Assembly (NCBI RefSeq): GCF_009914755.1
Contig: NC_060939.1
Length of the DNA: 64,000 nucleotides
Reading direction: 5' to 3' (one strand)
Source: the human T2T-CHM13v2.0 reference genome, Homo sapiens
The position numbers and the translations under genes are program-made. The first letter of the stretch is position 1; every line of letters starts with the position of its first letter. Shown in pieces: positions 26,301 through 54,062 of this stretch. Below the pieces are notes generated by a model. It did no database searches and was not told the origin of the DNA. It saw nothing but the letters and a program-made list of their open reading frames with translations.

Positions 26301-28322
26301 GGTCTAAGGTTCTGGGAACCTCTAAATCAGAGCCCATAGCTGGTGGTCAAGATGAGGGAGAGGCCCTCAGGGTCAGCCGAATGACTGAGAGGCCGGACAG
26401 GCCCAAAGGTGAGCAACGTGAGCACATCAGGTGGGCTCAGAGCTGGCGCATGAGCCCCACAGCCTGCAGAGCAGCCCTGTACTCGGGAGCCCGCTCGCAC
26501 CAACCCAGTGGGACTTCAGAGATGTGGGGTCCAGCCTTTCCTACTATTGCTGGGCTGAGGGCTGGGAGCTGCAGATTCTGACCCCACAGCTGCCTTAGAC
26601 ATGCCAGATGGTCTGGGGCAAGACACACCCCTCTCTATGAAATGAGCAGCCAGTCCAAATAGGTACATTAGAGAAGGGCTGTGGGATGGACCCAGCTGTA
26701 GCCTGGGGCTACAGACTGGCTTCCGGGGTACTCAAGCAGCTGGCCTCTGGGGTAGCAGCCCCAGGTATGAGAGGCAGGACTCAGAATCTAGGCCAAGCCT
26801 CCATAGGAATCCCCTCTGGAGAGCCCGGGCACTCTGCAGGAGGGGCAGCAGGCAGCAGGTGCACCAGGAGCATGTTTCACAAGGTGCCCAATATCGCATC
26901 TGCTCAGATAGGCAGCGAGTTGGAAAGTGGATGCAATAGGCAGGGTGGTGGCTGCTCCCCACAGCCAGGAGTCCGGCCCAGCACCCACCTGAGTCCGCCT
27001 CAGTCCTGCTCAATTGGGTTATCTGTGCTCTTGGCCCTCTGGTCCCACCCACAGAGGGAGGTCTTTGGGGCGACCAGGTGAGCTGGCCCTTGTGGGAGGA
27101 TGTAACTGACTCCTGAGCCTGGCGAGCCAGGCAGCCCCTCGCCAACATCCCCACCCCTACCTCTCCAGCCCCCCCGCATTCCCTGATCCTCCCATCCGCT
27201 CCCCTGACCCAGCAGTTGCCTCTGCTCACTCTCTTTTCCTGCTCCCAGGCTCGCCTGGTCATGTGTCCTTCACTCTCCTCTGAGTCTCCCTCTTTCCAAG
27301 CCGCCTCCACTCTACTTGACACACTCTCCCTTAAGACACCAGAGTACACAAGTGCAAGTCTCTGCACCTCACCTTTACTCCCAGACATGGGAGGGAGATG
27401 ACATGAAGACCCAAACGCCACTTAGCAGGAGATCTGGGGTATGCAGAGGGGCAGAACGGAGGCTGTGGAAGCTCCAGGGGCTCCCTGCAGGAGGCCACAT
27501 GTAAGCTGGCTATTGAATGTGGCTCTGAGCTGAGATCTCTCCTTGAAGCTCCAGACCAGGGGCCAGCTGCTAGCTGGACCCCTCCATTTGGTGCCTCAGA
27601 GAAACTTTGCACTCTCTAGGTCTAACTTTGAACCCAGAAAATTCCCCCATGTCGGCCCTGTCTCTTCATAGGGAAAGCACCACCTCAGACCCAGTTCTGC
27701 ACCAAACCCACATTTGAGTCACGAGGCTCCTGCCCTGCACTGTGAGCACTCTGGATAAGCCAGTGCTGAGGGGGAAAGAGCTCTGAATGCCAAGCCAAAA
27801 CATGAGCTTCAACTCCACCTCCAGCTCTGAGAGCTGTGGGTAGGGAAGGGCCCTCGTCCAGTTTGCTGTAGAAAGATCAGTCTGCCACTGTATGGCACAT
27901 GGATGGCAGGGGCAGAGTGCAGGTGGAGAGAACAGAAGGTGGGCAGGGCGGGGGAGGCAGGGACATGGCTGTAGCCGTGGAGATGGGAGGACAGACAGGA
28001 CTTGGTGGCTACTTGGGTGAACCAAGGGAGGAGTCAGGAAGAGACACCCAGTTTTGTATCAGATGTGTAGAGCGTGGGATGCTGTTCATTGACGGAGGGA
28101 GGAGGAGGAGGAAGAGGTATGGCATGGGGAGGAGGTAGCTGAGCTCTGTCGTGAATGTCATTTGAAGTCCCCAGGGAAAGCCAGGCCGGCCAGCACCTTC
28201 ACTGCTTCAGCCAGCTCTCAGGGTGTCTGTGCTCCCTGGCCCTCTCAGCTCCTGCTTCATAGCTGTCAGCTGCAGTGGGAGACAGCTGCACAAGGGCCCA
28301 GCATGTCTGTGTGTTTACCCAG

Positions 28323-28471
28323 GGGACTGCCGCATGGCCCATGCCGAGCAGAAACTGATGGACGACCTTCTGAACAAAACCTGTTACAACAACCTGATCC
28401 GCCCAGCCACCAGCTCCTCACAGCTCATCTCCATCCAGACGGCGCTCTCCCTGGCCCAGTGCATCAGCGTG
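28323..28471 (+). pseudogene. Orphan copy of CHRNB4 (nicotinic acetylcholine receptor beta-4) exon 2
   Basis: 149-nt exon cccag|GG GAC TGC...AGC GTG|gtaggt encoding DCRMAHAEQKLMDDLLNKTCYNNLIRPATSSSQLISIQTALSLAQCISV, versus recalled CHRNB4 NCRVANAEEKLMDDLLNKTRYNNLIRPATSSSQLISIKLQLSLAQLISV. No exon 1 or exon 3 found. Confidence 0.9.
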
Positions 28472-30065
28472 GTAGGTGCAGAGGGTACCTGTGGCTCAGG
28501 CTCAGGTGAAGAGGCAGCTCATGCCCAAGCCCTAAGCAGTCAATGTCCAGAGGAATGAAATGACTAGAGTTGACTTAGACTCACCAGTACACGGTGGGGA
28601 GGCTGGAGGAGGGTCCATGAGGTTTATAGGTGTCCAGTATTTAATGAGGTCATGGTTTTGTTAACAAAGAAGAAATGAGGGTGGGAGCGAGATCACCACT
28701 GGCTAGGCAGCCAATGGGCCTGCAGAGACTCTGCTCAGCTGAGTCTCCAGCACGACCATGAGCTTCTCCTCCTCATCCTCCCAGCCCCACCCTACTCTCT
28801 CCCCCAGCTTGCTCAACAGGTGACCTTATAGGCTCCCTACTCTTTGCAGGGAATAAGAACCAGACTGGGGGAACTGACGGGTACAGAGGCCCAGGTGTAG
28901 GCGCAGGACCACAGGCAGTGAAGCGTCTACTGACCCAGGCGGGTGAGGGTCTGGAGAGTGGGCATGGCTGCTGCAGGCATGGAAAGCAGGCACAGATGGC
29001 AGCACTCCCAGGGCCCATTGTCAGGGTCTCCACATGTGGACGTGTGCAGAGGTGGGGGTGCTGAGGGAGGAGGGGCAGGGAATTTCTCATCTTCTCTCTA
29101 CTGCCTCTGAGTTGGAGATGTCAGAGGGAGCCATGGCCCACTGTAAAGTAACACAATGTCCCCACCCACAGGATTAGAACCCCTCCCCTGGAAGCAGCTC
29201 TGAGGGGAACAGTCACATGTAGAGAGTGCAGGGCACTGTGTCCAGCCGGGGGAAGGAGGTCACCAAGGGGGTTGACCCCCCTCTGGCCAGGTGGCTGCCT
29301 TCTGACACACCAGCCTCTGTCTCTAGCACGGTGGCCCCCACACACCCAGCCTGTGAAACCTACAGCCCTCAAGAAGGCTTTGGCCAAATTAATGAGCGGC
29401 TCCCTCTCCCAGGAGGAAGCACAGGTGAAGGATGTGGAGGGCAGTAGAGTTGTGTGTGCTCCGCCCCCTTTCTCCGCAGTCGGATGGAAAGAAGGGGGCT
29501 TTCAGCCAGGCTCGCCCAGGCTGGGGTCTGAGTGTCACTGTCCAGCTATTGGCTTCTTGCTTAATGGGTGAGCCCAGCTGCTCCCGTGCAGCTGCCGCCC
29601 TAGTGAGGGTGAACCGGCAGGCGAGTTACATTTCTGAAAGCCTGGGAATACAGTAAATATTAGGCTGTGGGCTGCTGGGCCAGGAAGAGTTGTTTATTTT
29701 TCAGGGTTTGTTTATCTATTGACTTGATGAGGGAGGGTTATAGGTACAACCAGTTTAAAGATGGAAATTTTGAGAGAGCAGGCAGGGATTTAGTGCTGGG
29801 TAAGCCTGGTCAAAGCGGCTCTTTTGGGGCGGCCAGAATCCAGTACCAATGTCCTCAGCATGTTCATCAGCTGCTGGGGGAGTGCGGGACAGCATGAAAG
29901 CACAGGAGAACTTTCTGGATGATAGAAATACTCTGTATCTTCAAAGGAGGTGGGTTCCATAGTAATGTTAAATGAGTTAAAACTCATCAAAATGTAAACC
30001 AGACCTGTGCATTTCACTAATAGAAATTATACCTCCAATTAAAAACATGTTTTAAAAGACAGATG

Positions 30066-31266
<1,201 letters not shown>

Positions 31267-31339
31267 TAAATAAAATTTTTTTTTCAGGTTTGTGCTCAGA
31301 CTATATTCTAAACAGTCACATGGCGGCTTACTCTTCTCC

Positions 31340-31420
31340 AGGCCTTGCTGCCGGCTTTTACATGTTTATTGTCTTTGCCTTCTTGTCATGTGCTCATTAG
31401 ATGGCAGCTTCCAGGTGCTC
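31340..31420 (-). other. GOLGA6L terminal exon (EHLEAAI* in paralogs; 3'UTR here) with candidate AATAAA at 31365-31370; 3' end uncertain
   Basis: ccccttag|GAG CAC CTG GAA GCT GCC ATC TAA (31420-31397). The donor |gtgagg lies immediately after the TAG at 32077. Confidence 0.7.
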
Positions 31421-32076
31421 CTAAGGGGCCAGGAAAGAGAGTGAGAAGGCACGGAGGTTGCCAGATCATCCCCCTTGGGGCCCCGCCCTCATCAACTCCC
31501 TCAACCGGGTCTCCTGCAACTATTGGTGGGCCATCTCGGCCACCGCTTCGCCCTGAGCTTCCTGCTGCTGCAGCTGGGCAGTGCCTCCTTCTCAGAGGCC
31601 AGCTGCTGATAGGCGGCCACGTACTGCTGCAGGTGACCCAGGTAATGGTCTCGCTGCTGCTGCAGACTCAGCCTCTTGGCTCTTCAGCTCCACCTGCAGG
31701 ATAGGCGTCAGGGTAGGTAGTGGCTGGCTTCCAGATTCTGGGCCCATAAACAGGGTAGTGAGGGCACTGCGGGGCTCTGTCGCCTACCCAGGCCCCTGGC
31801 CCTGGCCCCTTCCTCCAGGCCTAAATGACTGCCTCCCTTGCCTAGAGGCCCATGCCTCCCTCCCCAGCCTCAAATCTCACACCCTTCTTCCCACCATTTA
31901 AACTGTAGGCCACAGACTGGTGGAAAAGCAGAGGGAGCCAACCACCATCTGCTAAGTTGTGGTGAGGTCGTTCTGTATGATCTCCAGGGTTTGCACACAC
32001 CTCCGCCTGCTCCCCCCAAGAGCTCGGCCTTCTGCCCCAGCTTCCCCAGCCTCTCCTCCAGCTCCTGCAGCCTCAC

Positions 32077-39545
<7,469 letters not shown>

Positions 39546-39559
39546 GATCCAGGTGAGGA

Positions 39560-39830
39560 CAAGTATATACCTCCAGTCACCTCTACGTCGCTGTGTGACT
39601 GAGCCAGAGGAGGCGTAACCAGGGCTGCACTAGAATGCAGAATAGGGGTGTGGCCTTCATGCTTGAAGCCCATTGGTCAATGAGAAAGATGAAAGGAAAA
39701 GGAGGTGTGGCCAGACAGCAGCGTGTCATGAAGGACCTGTGTTGTCACAAGGAAAGCTGCCTATGCAACCGCTGTCCCCGCCCACTCCAGGAGAGGGGCG
39801 GGGCTGGCTTTCACTTTAAAAACTTTAAAA
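39560..39830 (-). promoter_or_regulatory. GOLGA6L proximal promoter / 5'UTR
   Basis: CCAAT motif (attgg ~39672) and GC box ggggcgggg (~39795). Inverted homology to the GOLGA8 promoter at ~59960-60270. Confidence 0.6.
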
Positions 39831-40041
39831 CTTTATTACCTCAATTGAGGTACAAGTCCTATTAAAATGGAAATTTTATAGTGTGCTTGATGATTGATAA
39901 AGCAGACTTTATTATCCAACATTCCAATAAGATAATCACAATGTTTTCTCTTTTTTGGAAAAACTTTCTCTTATTCTCCTACATTAGCGTTTAGTTTTTT
40001 TAAAAAAAACAAACAAACAAGAAACATGTCTAATATCTTTA

Positions 40042-40436
<395 letters not shown>

Positions 40437-40819
40437 GGCTTTCCATTTAATAAGCACTCAAAGTTCTTTACAAGGTTAAAGCAAATACAGGACCCTTCTA
40501 AAGTAAGGCTAAATGCTAAGTGATGGGGGAGAGAAAAAGGACATAAATAACTCCTACTCTCATGAGTTAATCGCTAAATCCGATTTTTCTAGAATCACCT
40601 GGCCTCTAAGCCCTGAAAATGAAACTGAATTTCTCACTCGATACTTGGCTATGACTTGCAATCATGAAAACCAAGAATTGTGTTATGTCACTGTGTATTG
40701 CTTGTTACCTGGGATCAAGGGTTGACTTTTTCATGATTTGCTCCATTACCTGTGTGCTTCTTCTCCCAGTCCAAACTACGCTTTTTTCTAGAGTTCTACA
40801 ATTTACAGTTAGTATGTAA

Positions 40820-40985
40820 GGGTGGCTCTCAAACATGTAGTCTCCGGACCAGGAGCACCTGGGAACTTCTTATAAATGTAAATTCTCAGGCCCCACCCTA
40901 GACATGAATGAATCAGAAACTCTGCAGTAGGGCCCAGCAATCCGTGCTGCAATAATCCCTCCAGGTGCTCAGGAACCTCTGCCAT
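40820..40985. mobile_element. MER5A-like hAT element (further copies near 25240-25350 and 43555-43710)
   Basis: cacctgggaactt...aaatgtaaattctcaggccccaccctagac...gaatcagaaactctg...gggcccagcaatc. Confidence 0.75.
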
Positions 40986-41712
40986 ACAGCAGGTAGAAAA
41001 ATGTGTTTCCTTCTGTAGGTCCAAAGCCAGGGATACTATATGTTCTGTCTCAATATGAAACAATGACATGCAATTAAAAGACATAAATCTCCTTCCTACT
41101 TCCACCCTCCAGCCAGTGTGTTTTATTTTTATGAGTTCAATAAGAAAACGTGTGGCAATCAGAGATTTCATCTAAAAAATATATCTACAGGTATCAGTTC
41201 TCATCCAGCCTGATCTCATCCAATATCATTTCTATCCTCTTACATCTAAAGTTTTAGAAAAGGATTTTCACAACGTAAGACTCAGGCGCACTAGGAGTTC
41301 TATGATAAAAGACCAAGTAGATCTGAATGTCCAAACTTACTAGAGAAGAAAAGTGGACTCATTGGCTATATTTTCAAATTGCATTCAACAGGAAATTAAA
41401 GTTTTGAATTTTTTCCACCTTCATCCTTCCAAGTTAATAGAATTAAACCAGAATACTCCATTCTTCCAAAGCCTGTAGCCAGGCAAACTTTTACTGTATT
41501 ACTTCTTGCTTTTCAATGGATATAAAGCAGAGTCCTGGTAGGCACATTTTGTATACCTGCAAAGATGCAAAACTAAACAGTTCCCTCGGTTCAATATTAA
41601 AACAAAAGTCCTGTAAACCTCAGATGGTGAGTGTAATACTTCAGCACTAGCACGAAAGCCTCAAATATAAAAAGATACCAAGAACCTTGCTAGCAAACCA
41701 AAGTAAGCTCTT

Positions 41713-45147
<3,435 letters not shown>

Positions 45148-47284
45148 CTGAATTTGCTTGAGTTTTTAGCTCTCTCACCCATTTCAGGATTGTCACCACC
45201 CATATCTGACACGTCCTCCTCCTCCTCTAAATCTTCTAGGTCCTCCTGGCCATCAGCCTCTGTTTCTGAACCAGCCTCTTCATGCTCCTGTTCTTCACTC
45301 TCTGGGAGAAGACTGATATCTTCATCTTTCTTTCACTAACCGCATTCTGGAAGCACTGTAAAATTGCTTCATTTTGCAATTCCAGTTGTTGCAAAGTCTG
45401 CTCATCATCAAAACTTTCTATCACAAGTTTTTGTAAAGGGCTGCCATGGATTCTACCATTCTCTACTGTTTTATTAAAGTCATAAAGCACTTTTGTTAAA
45501 GAAGTGAACTTTGGTTCCAATCCATCTTGAAACCTATTGGGAGGAATTAAATGAGATTTAGAATTATAGATAATAATTTCACAGCCCTCTTAATTAAAAG
45601 AAAAATAAAAACCTCAACTCTTCTGTAAAATCAAATTTGAATAAAGTGTAAGTATAGATTCTGGCCCCAACAACATATAAGCTGATGAGCCACAATGATA
45701 TATAAAACCTGTCAACCAAGTATTTGTGAATCAGCTGTATAGATTGTTGGCAGGAAAAGCATTACAAATCTATTTGCTTGGAGATATATAGAGAATTAGC
45801 CTTAAATTTTCTACTCTGCTACATTATATACCACTCCATTCATTCATTCCCTTATTCACTCAATGATCAACATTTGCTTTGGCTACAGTGGTCAAGGAAA
45901 ACCTCTCCTAGATGTGACATCTGAGATGAAACTTACAGACAAGTATAGTCTTATAAAGATTGGGAAACATGTATTCCAGGCGGAAGAAACAGCAAGAACA
46001 AATTCTCTAAGATGCAGTTGAGCTTGGTAAGCCTGAGGAATAAAAAAGTGAGCATGGCTATAGCGTGAAGGAGGCAGAAGGTGAAGTTGGAGAGACTGAT
46101 GGGAGCCAAATTCTGCAGGGCTCAAGGGTAAGAGTTTGCCGTTTTAAGTGTAATAAGAAAATGTGAGAAGATTTTAAGCAGAAGGATGAAATGATGATTT
46201 ATACGAAGGAAGAAGAAAGGGAGGAAGGAGGAGGAGGAAAGTAGAGTGATTAGAAGGTTGATGCAGCATTCCAGGCAAAGGATGATGGTGATTTAAGCTG
46301 GAGTTAGAGCAGTGAATATGCTGAGTACAGTTTGGAGGTAGAACTGACAGGATTGCTAAGGAATTAGATACAGAATAGAGAAAAGTGAAGACATCAAAAT
46401 AGCAGCCTAGTTTTATGTGCGAGCAACTGGAGAGACAGAACTGCCATTTACTGCGATAGGCAAGGCTTGAGTGGTGGAGCAAGGGGAAAGGACTTCAGCG
46501 GATGGCAGAGTGTAGGTGGGTAGAAACAACATTCTACTGTATTTTGGACACAGTGAATTTGTGATGCTGAGAGGACCAAAATTTAAAAAATTGTTAAAAG
46601 CCGTACGGTGCGGATATCCCAGTTGTGCGCTACTGAATTCCAACTAAGCTCAGTCTGGAGTTGCTTGTGAGCAAGGAACTCAAGGGAGAGGTTGGAGTTT
46701 GAAACATAAATGAGTCATAATTTTATAGGTCATATTTGAAGTTCTTCAACAAAATACACATAAAACGTTTGTGTTGGGAAGAGACATGAAAGTTCTAATT
46801 CTCAAGAAGCTTAGTGGGGTAGACAGACAAGTGACAAGTTTGTGCTTTCAATAAAGTATGATGGCAGGTAAACACTGAGTGCTTTAGGAGCACAGGCGGA
46901 AGGAGAAACCAACACAGTTGTGTGTAGGGGGATGGGGGCCGTAATAAGCCTCAAGGGGAGCTTATAGGCGTGAATAACTGAGGTTAGGTTGATTTCAATA
47001 ACATTCAACTGAGAGATCCATACTGTAAAAGTTTTAACAATTTTTAAAATTTTGATAGCCTAGGTCCTCTGAAATGTGGGGAAAAGTGATTTACATTTCC
47101 CCTTACCTTCCCCCAGCTCCACAATTTGCCAGGGGTCTGCAACCCGTGTCCACGTGCGACCGCAGTCGCACCCGAGCCCGGGATCTGTGCACTTACGTGA
47201 GGATGCACTCGGGCCAGCCAGTGGCTTTGCCCACCTCCCTCAGACACCGCTCCAGGGTCCGTCAGCGCCAGGCCCATGGGCCAT
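45148..47284 (-). pseudogene. Unprocessed MPHOSPH10 (MPP10) pseudogene fragment: exon 1 47197-47284 and truncated exon 2 45148-45533
   Basis: Exon 1 reads ATG GCC...TGG CGC TGA CGG ACC CTG GAG CGG TGT CTG AGG GAG GTG GGC AAA GCC ACT GGC TGG CCC GAG TGC ATC CTC AC|gtaagt (recalled MAPQVWRRRTLERCLTEVGKATGRPECFLT; frameshift plus stop). Exon 2 after caatag| gives FQDGLEPKFTSLTKVLYDFNKTVENGRIHGSPLQKLVIESFDDEQTLQQLELQNEAILQCFQNAVSE..., frameshifted and ending at an Alu. The intron is retained. Confidence 0.9.
45830..46580 (-). mobile_element. L2 remnant inside the MPHOSPH10 pseudogene intron
   Basis: cattcattcattc terminal motif and typical antisense L2 text (attccaggcggaagaaacagc; gtttggaggtagaactgacagga). 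Confidence 0.65.
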
Positions 47285-47359
47285 GGCTGTCTGCAACTCC
47301 CGACACAAGCTGCAAGGCAAGAGAGCCGCTGGGAAACCGCACCGCAAGGATGCTGGCAT

Positions 47360-47747
47360 TGGAACAGGAATTAAAAGAAATGAAAAAATGTGTAAGCAAA
47401 AACTCAGCTGTATGTAAAAAAAACCCAATTCCCCCTGAGAATGAGAAAGAGCCTTAGTCCTTTAAAAAAACTACCTGTTTTCCTATGGCTAGTGAGCCTT
47501 ATCGCTCCCTTCCCAGGCATTATCAAAACCCTAATTCCCTAACTGTGCAACTGCAAGGTCACTAAACAAACAAATGCAAGTCACAAAACATATTTTTCCT
47601 AAAAACGTAAAAAAAAAAAAAAACATAATGCGTGCTTCAATTAAATAACTCTCTGTTTCTCGCTTCTGTAATATGCTTCCCCCTGCACAGATCTACCCGG
47701 GCTCCACAAAATGCTAAAAGATAACTCTTTATTCAGCTCAACGCTTT
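47360..47747 (+). mobile_element. 3'-truncated ERV LTR (resembles LTR15, ERV1 class)
   Basis: Starts tggaacaggaattaaaagaaat...aacccaattccccctgag and includes ctgtaatatgcttccccctgcacagatct and a TATA-like gctaaaag. Family recalled, not searched. Confidence 0.65.
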
Positions 47748-47751
47748 GATC

Positions 47752-50174
<2,423 letters not shown>

Positions 50175-52411
50175 TAACTGCCTTAAAATGATGATTGTTC
50201 AGAAAGTCAGTTTAATTTAGATACTAAGGATATTGAGGTTATGTAACATTTGAGCAAGTTCTAAAAAAAAGAGAAATAGTATATTTAATTGCTAATAAAG
50301 TATTGTCAACTCACAAATATATTCACATAGCATACATTTCAAGAGCAGAATAACCATGAATATAAAAGGAATTAGCAAAAACGAAACAAAAAAGACATGA
50401 AGAAATAAAAACAGATGGAACAAATAGCACAAAATACGATGAAAGTTATAAAAGAAACTATGCCAACAATCACAATAAATGTAAATAGACTGAATAATTA
50501 AGAGAAAATGACTATAAAACAGAATTAGGACACGCGTGGTGGCTCATGCCTGTAATCCCAGCACTTTGGGAGGATGAGGCAGGCGGAGGGATCACAAGGT
50601 CAGGAGTTCGAGAGCAGCCTGACCAACATGGTGAAACCCCATCTCTGCTAATACAAAAATTAGCCGGCGTGGTGGTGAACATCTGTAATCCCAGTTACTC
50701 AGGAGGCTGAGGCAGGAGAATCGCTTGAATCCAGGAGGCAGAGGTTGCAGTGCCGAGATCACACCATTACACTCCAGCCTGGGCAACAGAGCAAGACTCC
50801 GTATCAAAAAAAAAAACACACACAAAAAAACACAAAAACAGAAAATAAACAGTATGAAAAGACATCTAAAACATAAAGTCACAGAAAGACTGAGAGAGAT
50901 TGAAAAAAGATACACCTGTCATATGTACCTAACCCAAAGAAGGGTTGGAAGCTATATTATTATCAGATAAAATAGGCTTTGGGCAAAAAGCAATATGGGA
51001 GATTTTTTAAGGCCACAATATAATGATAAAAATTCTAATAAACCAAGGGAGAAGGTAATCTAAAATGTTAATGTATCTAATAACTAGCACTCAAAATACA
51101 TGAAAGCAAAATATGACAAAATTGCAACCCTCAGAGGGCAATTTAAATACATATCTCAGTATCTGATAAAAGAGACAAAAAACAATCAGCATAGACATAG
51201 AAGATTTACATCTCTCTAGAAAATTAACAAGCTTGACCTAATGTACAGAAAAAACATATCTCTCCAAAGTGACAGCATTCACCCCCCCAAGTACATATGT
51301 ACTGAGCCATAAGGAAAATCTCAACAAATTCCAAAGAAGCGGAATCATGCACCCATCTTTCTCTCTAACCATAATCTCATTAAACTAAAAACAATAATAA
51401 AAAGATAAAGTAAAAAGCCAGAAAGGCAGATGCTAAATGAGAAAGTGACAGAAAAGTTACAGATTTTATTAAGCATACAAAGCTTCTATGGGGTAAAGCA
51501 GTCAAAGGGATATGCAAATTTACACAGAAATCCAACCGATATAAATCCTTGAAAGATACTACATACAGATATTTCATCAGTTCTCACATGCCAAACCCAG
51601 CAAAGCCAAACTTTGGAGCCTCCCCTGCGAGCAGACCTGCCACAGGAGGAGAGGCAGCACAAACCTCCCTTTGCAGTGAAAATGCCACATTGTGTGTGCT
51701 TCTTACCCCATCACCTCTTTGGAAGTGGCCCCACTCAGCGCTAGCTGAGAATCGCTTCCCTCATACCACTCTCAGTAGTTCACCCCAAGACACACGGGAC
51801 AACTCTGTACCTGGTAAGTCATTGTGAATCCAATTAATAATGGCATTCAGAAAGTTAGGAATCTTTGAATTATTAGATTCATAGTGATATTCAAAAGAAA
51901 GAAAACGACATCATTTCTGTTCCACGCATGTTGCCCACATTCACTGCGTAAAAGGCAAAGGGAACTGTGAGTACCCACAAAGAACCTGATATTGACGGCA
52001 CATACATTTCTTCATTAGGAAGAATAAATTTAGACTGTAACAATTTAAAAAACCAGAAAATACAACTGTACATTTTAGTTCTTATTAAAATCCAAGAGGT
52101 TTAACTTATTTGCTCCTTGTTTAGGTAATTAGTGTCTAAAACATTTCAAAGATAACATATATAGTGGCTACGATTTCTAGTACTTTTTAAAAATTCAAGC
52201 CCAGTCTCTTCTAATTAAATGTATAAATGATTTATCTCTGTCTTTCTTAAAAAGAACCAAGAGCCCCAATTAAAAAGTAAAACTTAAATTTCCTCTTAAA
52301 AAATTGTTACGTCAAAATTATCTAATAAACCATAGTTCAGAAAATAATTTCTGAATTAGGAAAATATGAATAATAAAACCAACAGTTTATGTGCTGAATT
52401 TCACATTTTTA

Positions 52412-52629
52412 TTTTTTATTATTTTTAAAATTTTGTTTTAAGTTCTAGGGTACATGTGCAGGAGTGTTACGTAGGGAAACGTGTGCCATGGTGGTTTGGT
52501 CCACCTATCAACTCATCACCTCAGTGTTAAGCCCAGCACGCATTAGCTATTTTTCCTGATGCTCCTCCCCCACCCGCCCTGACAGGTCCCAGTATGTGTT
52601 GTTTCCCTTCCTGTGTCCATGTGTTCTCA
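52412..52629 (-). mobile_element. 5'-truncated L1PA 3' end with imperfect TSD ctgaa(tt/cc)tcacattttta
   Basis: ttttaagttctagggtacatgtgcagg...gcattagctatttttcctgatgctc...tgtgtccatgtgttctca. TSD at 52394-52411 and 52630-52647. Confidence 0.85.
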
Positions 52630-52699
52630 CTGAACCTCACATTTTTAAATACAGCATATGCCAGGTGTCATTTCAGTACCCATAATTATACATAGTATA

Positions 52700-53150
52700 T
52701 GTATATGTGTAAATATATGTATATGTGTACATATATGTATGTAATATGTGTATGTAAATATTATGTAAATATGTATGTAAATATATATGTAAATATGTAT
52801 GTGAATGTATGTAAATATATACACATGTAAATATGTATGTAAAAATATGTACGTAAATATATGTATGTAAATATATGTATATATAAATGTAAAATATGTA
52901 AATATTTGTAAATGTAAAATATGTAAATGTAAAATAAATGTAGAATGTCAAATGTAAATGTAAAATGTAAAATAAATGTAAAATGTAAAATAAATGTAAA
53001 ATGTAAATGTAAAATATGTAAATATATGTATATGTGTAAATATATATGTGTAAATATATATGTATATGTGTAAATATATATGTGTAAATATATATGTATA
53101 TGTGTAATATATATGTATATGTGTAAATATATATGTATATATAACACAGC
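52700..53150. repeat. AT-rich compound microsatellite (TATG/ATGTAAA motifs) flanked by 51-bp direct repeats
   Basis: atacagcatatgccaggtgtcatttcagtacccataattatacatagtata at 52649-52699 and 53151-53201. Confidence 0.92.
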
Positions 53151-53879
53151 ATACAGCATATGCCAGGTGTCATTTCAGTACCCATAATTATACATAGTAT
53201 AATTATACATAGTATAATTAGACTACTATGTTAGCTAAAAAATGTTGATTAGATACAAATGTATAAATTTATCTTCTCTAAACGTGGAAATTCTCTAGAG
53301 GCTATTTCCAGCTTCTGTGTGGATTGTAGAGCAGGCTGCTACCTGTACCCCAAAAATGAACACCTTAAAAAAAAGACAACTTTCTCAGCCTCCCTATTGC
53401 ACACACATATGAAAAATATGTTAAATTCAACGCCAAATATTCCTGAGATCAACACAGCAGTGATCCCAAAGAGAAAATTTCTCTTTGCTAATGGGCACAA
53501 ACTTGAAGGGCAAAGCAGTGGAAGGGTAAGTCTGCAGACTCGCGTGGGGCTCAAGTCAGAATCACGTGGAAGATCATTGCCACATGTTTTTGTTTTTTTA
53601 AATAGCAAACACCACCAAGTGGAGCCCGCCGGGTTTAGTAGATATTAAACCTCTAAGGAGTGGCACATCCGAGACTGAAATTCCCATCTTTTGATTCCCA
53701 GCTCAAGGTCTCTGAAATGCCAGCACCAGCTGTGAAATTGTTCTTCTGCATTTTCATGGAGACCTTTTCTTCTATACTGCCATACTCTTTTTTTTGGAAC
53801 AGTTATACCTGATCTTCCTATTTTTGTGTGTGTTCCACCGAAACTTTTTCACTCTAAATACTTCCCTCTTTCCAACTGA

Positions 53880-54062
<183 letters not shown>

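Noticed and set aside
26686-27421. 131-229 aa ORFs in the GC-rich region before the CHRNB4 exon
   Set aside because: No recognisable homology or domain composition; consistent with chance ORFs in intronic sequence.
46595-46680. Short CpG-containing stretch (gccgtacggtgcggatatcccagttgtgcgctactg) as a small RNA gene
   Set aside because: No recognisable tRNA, snRNA or 7SL structure or promoter boxes; possibly a degraded repeat fragment.
52673-53185. Tyr/Ile/His-rich ORFs
   Set aside because: Translation of an AT-rich microsatellite.
51790-53535. Isolated strong donor-like sites (ctg|gtaagt ~51814, agg|gtaagt ~53526)
   Set aside because: No matching acceptor or coding frame could be supported from the sequence alone.
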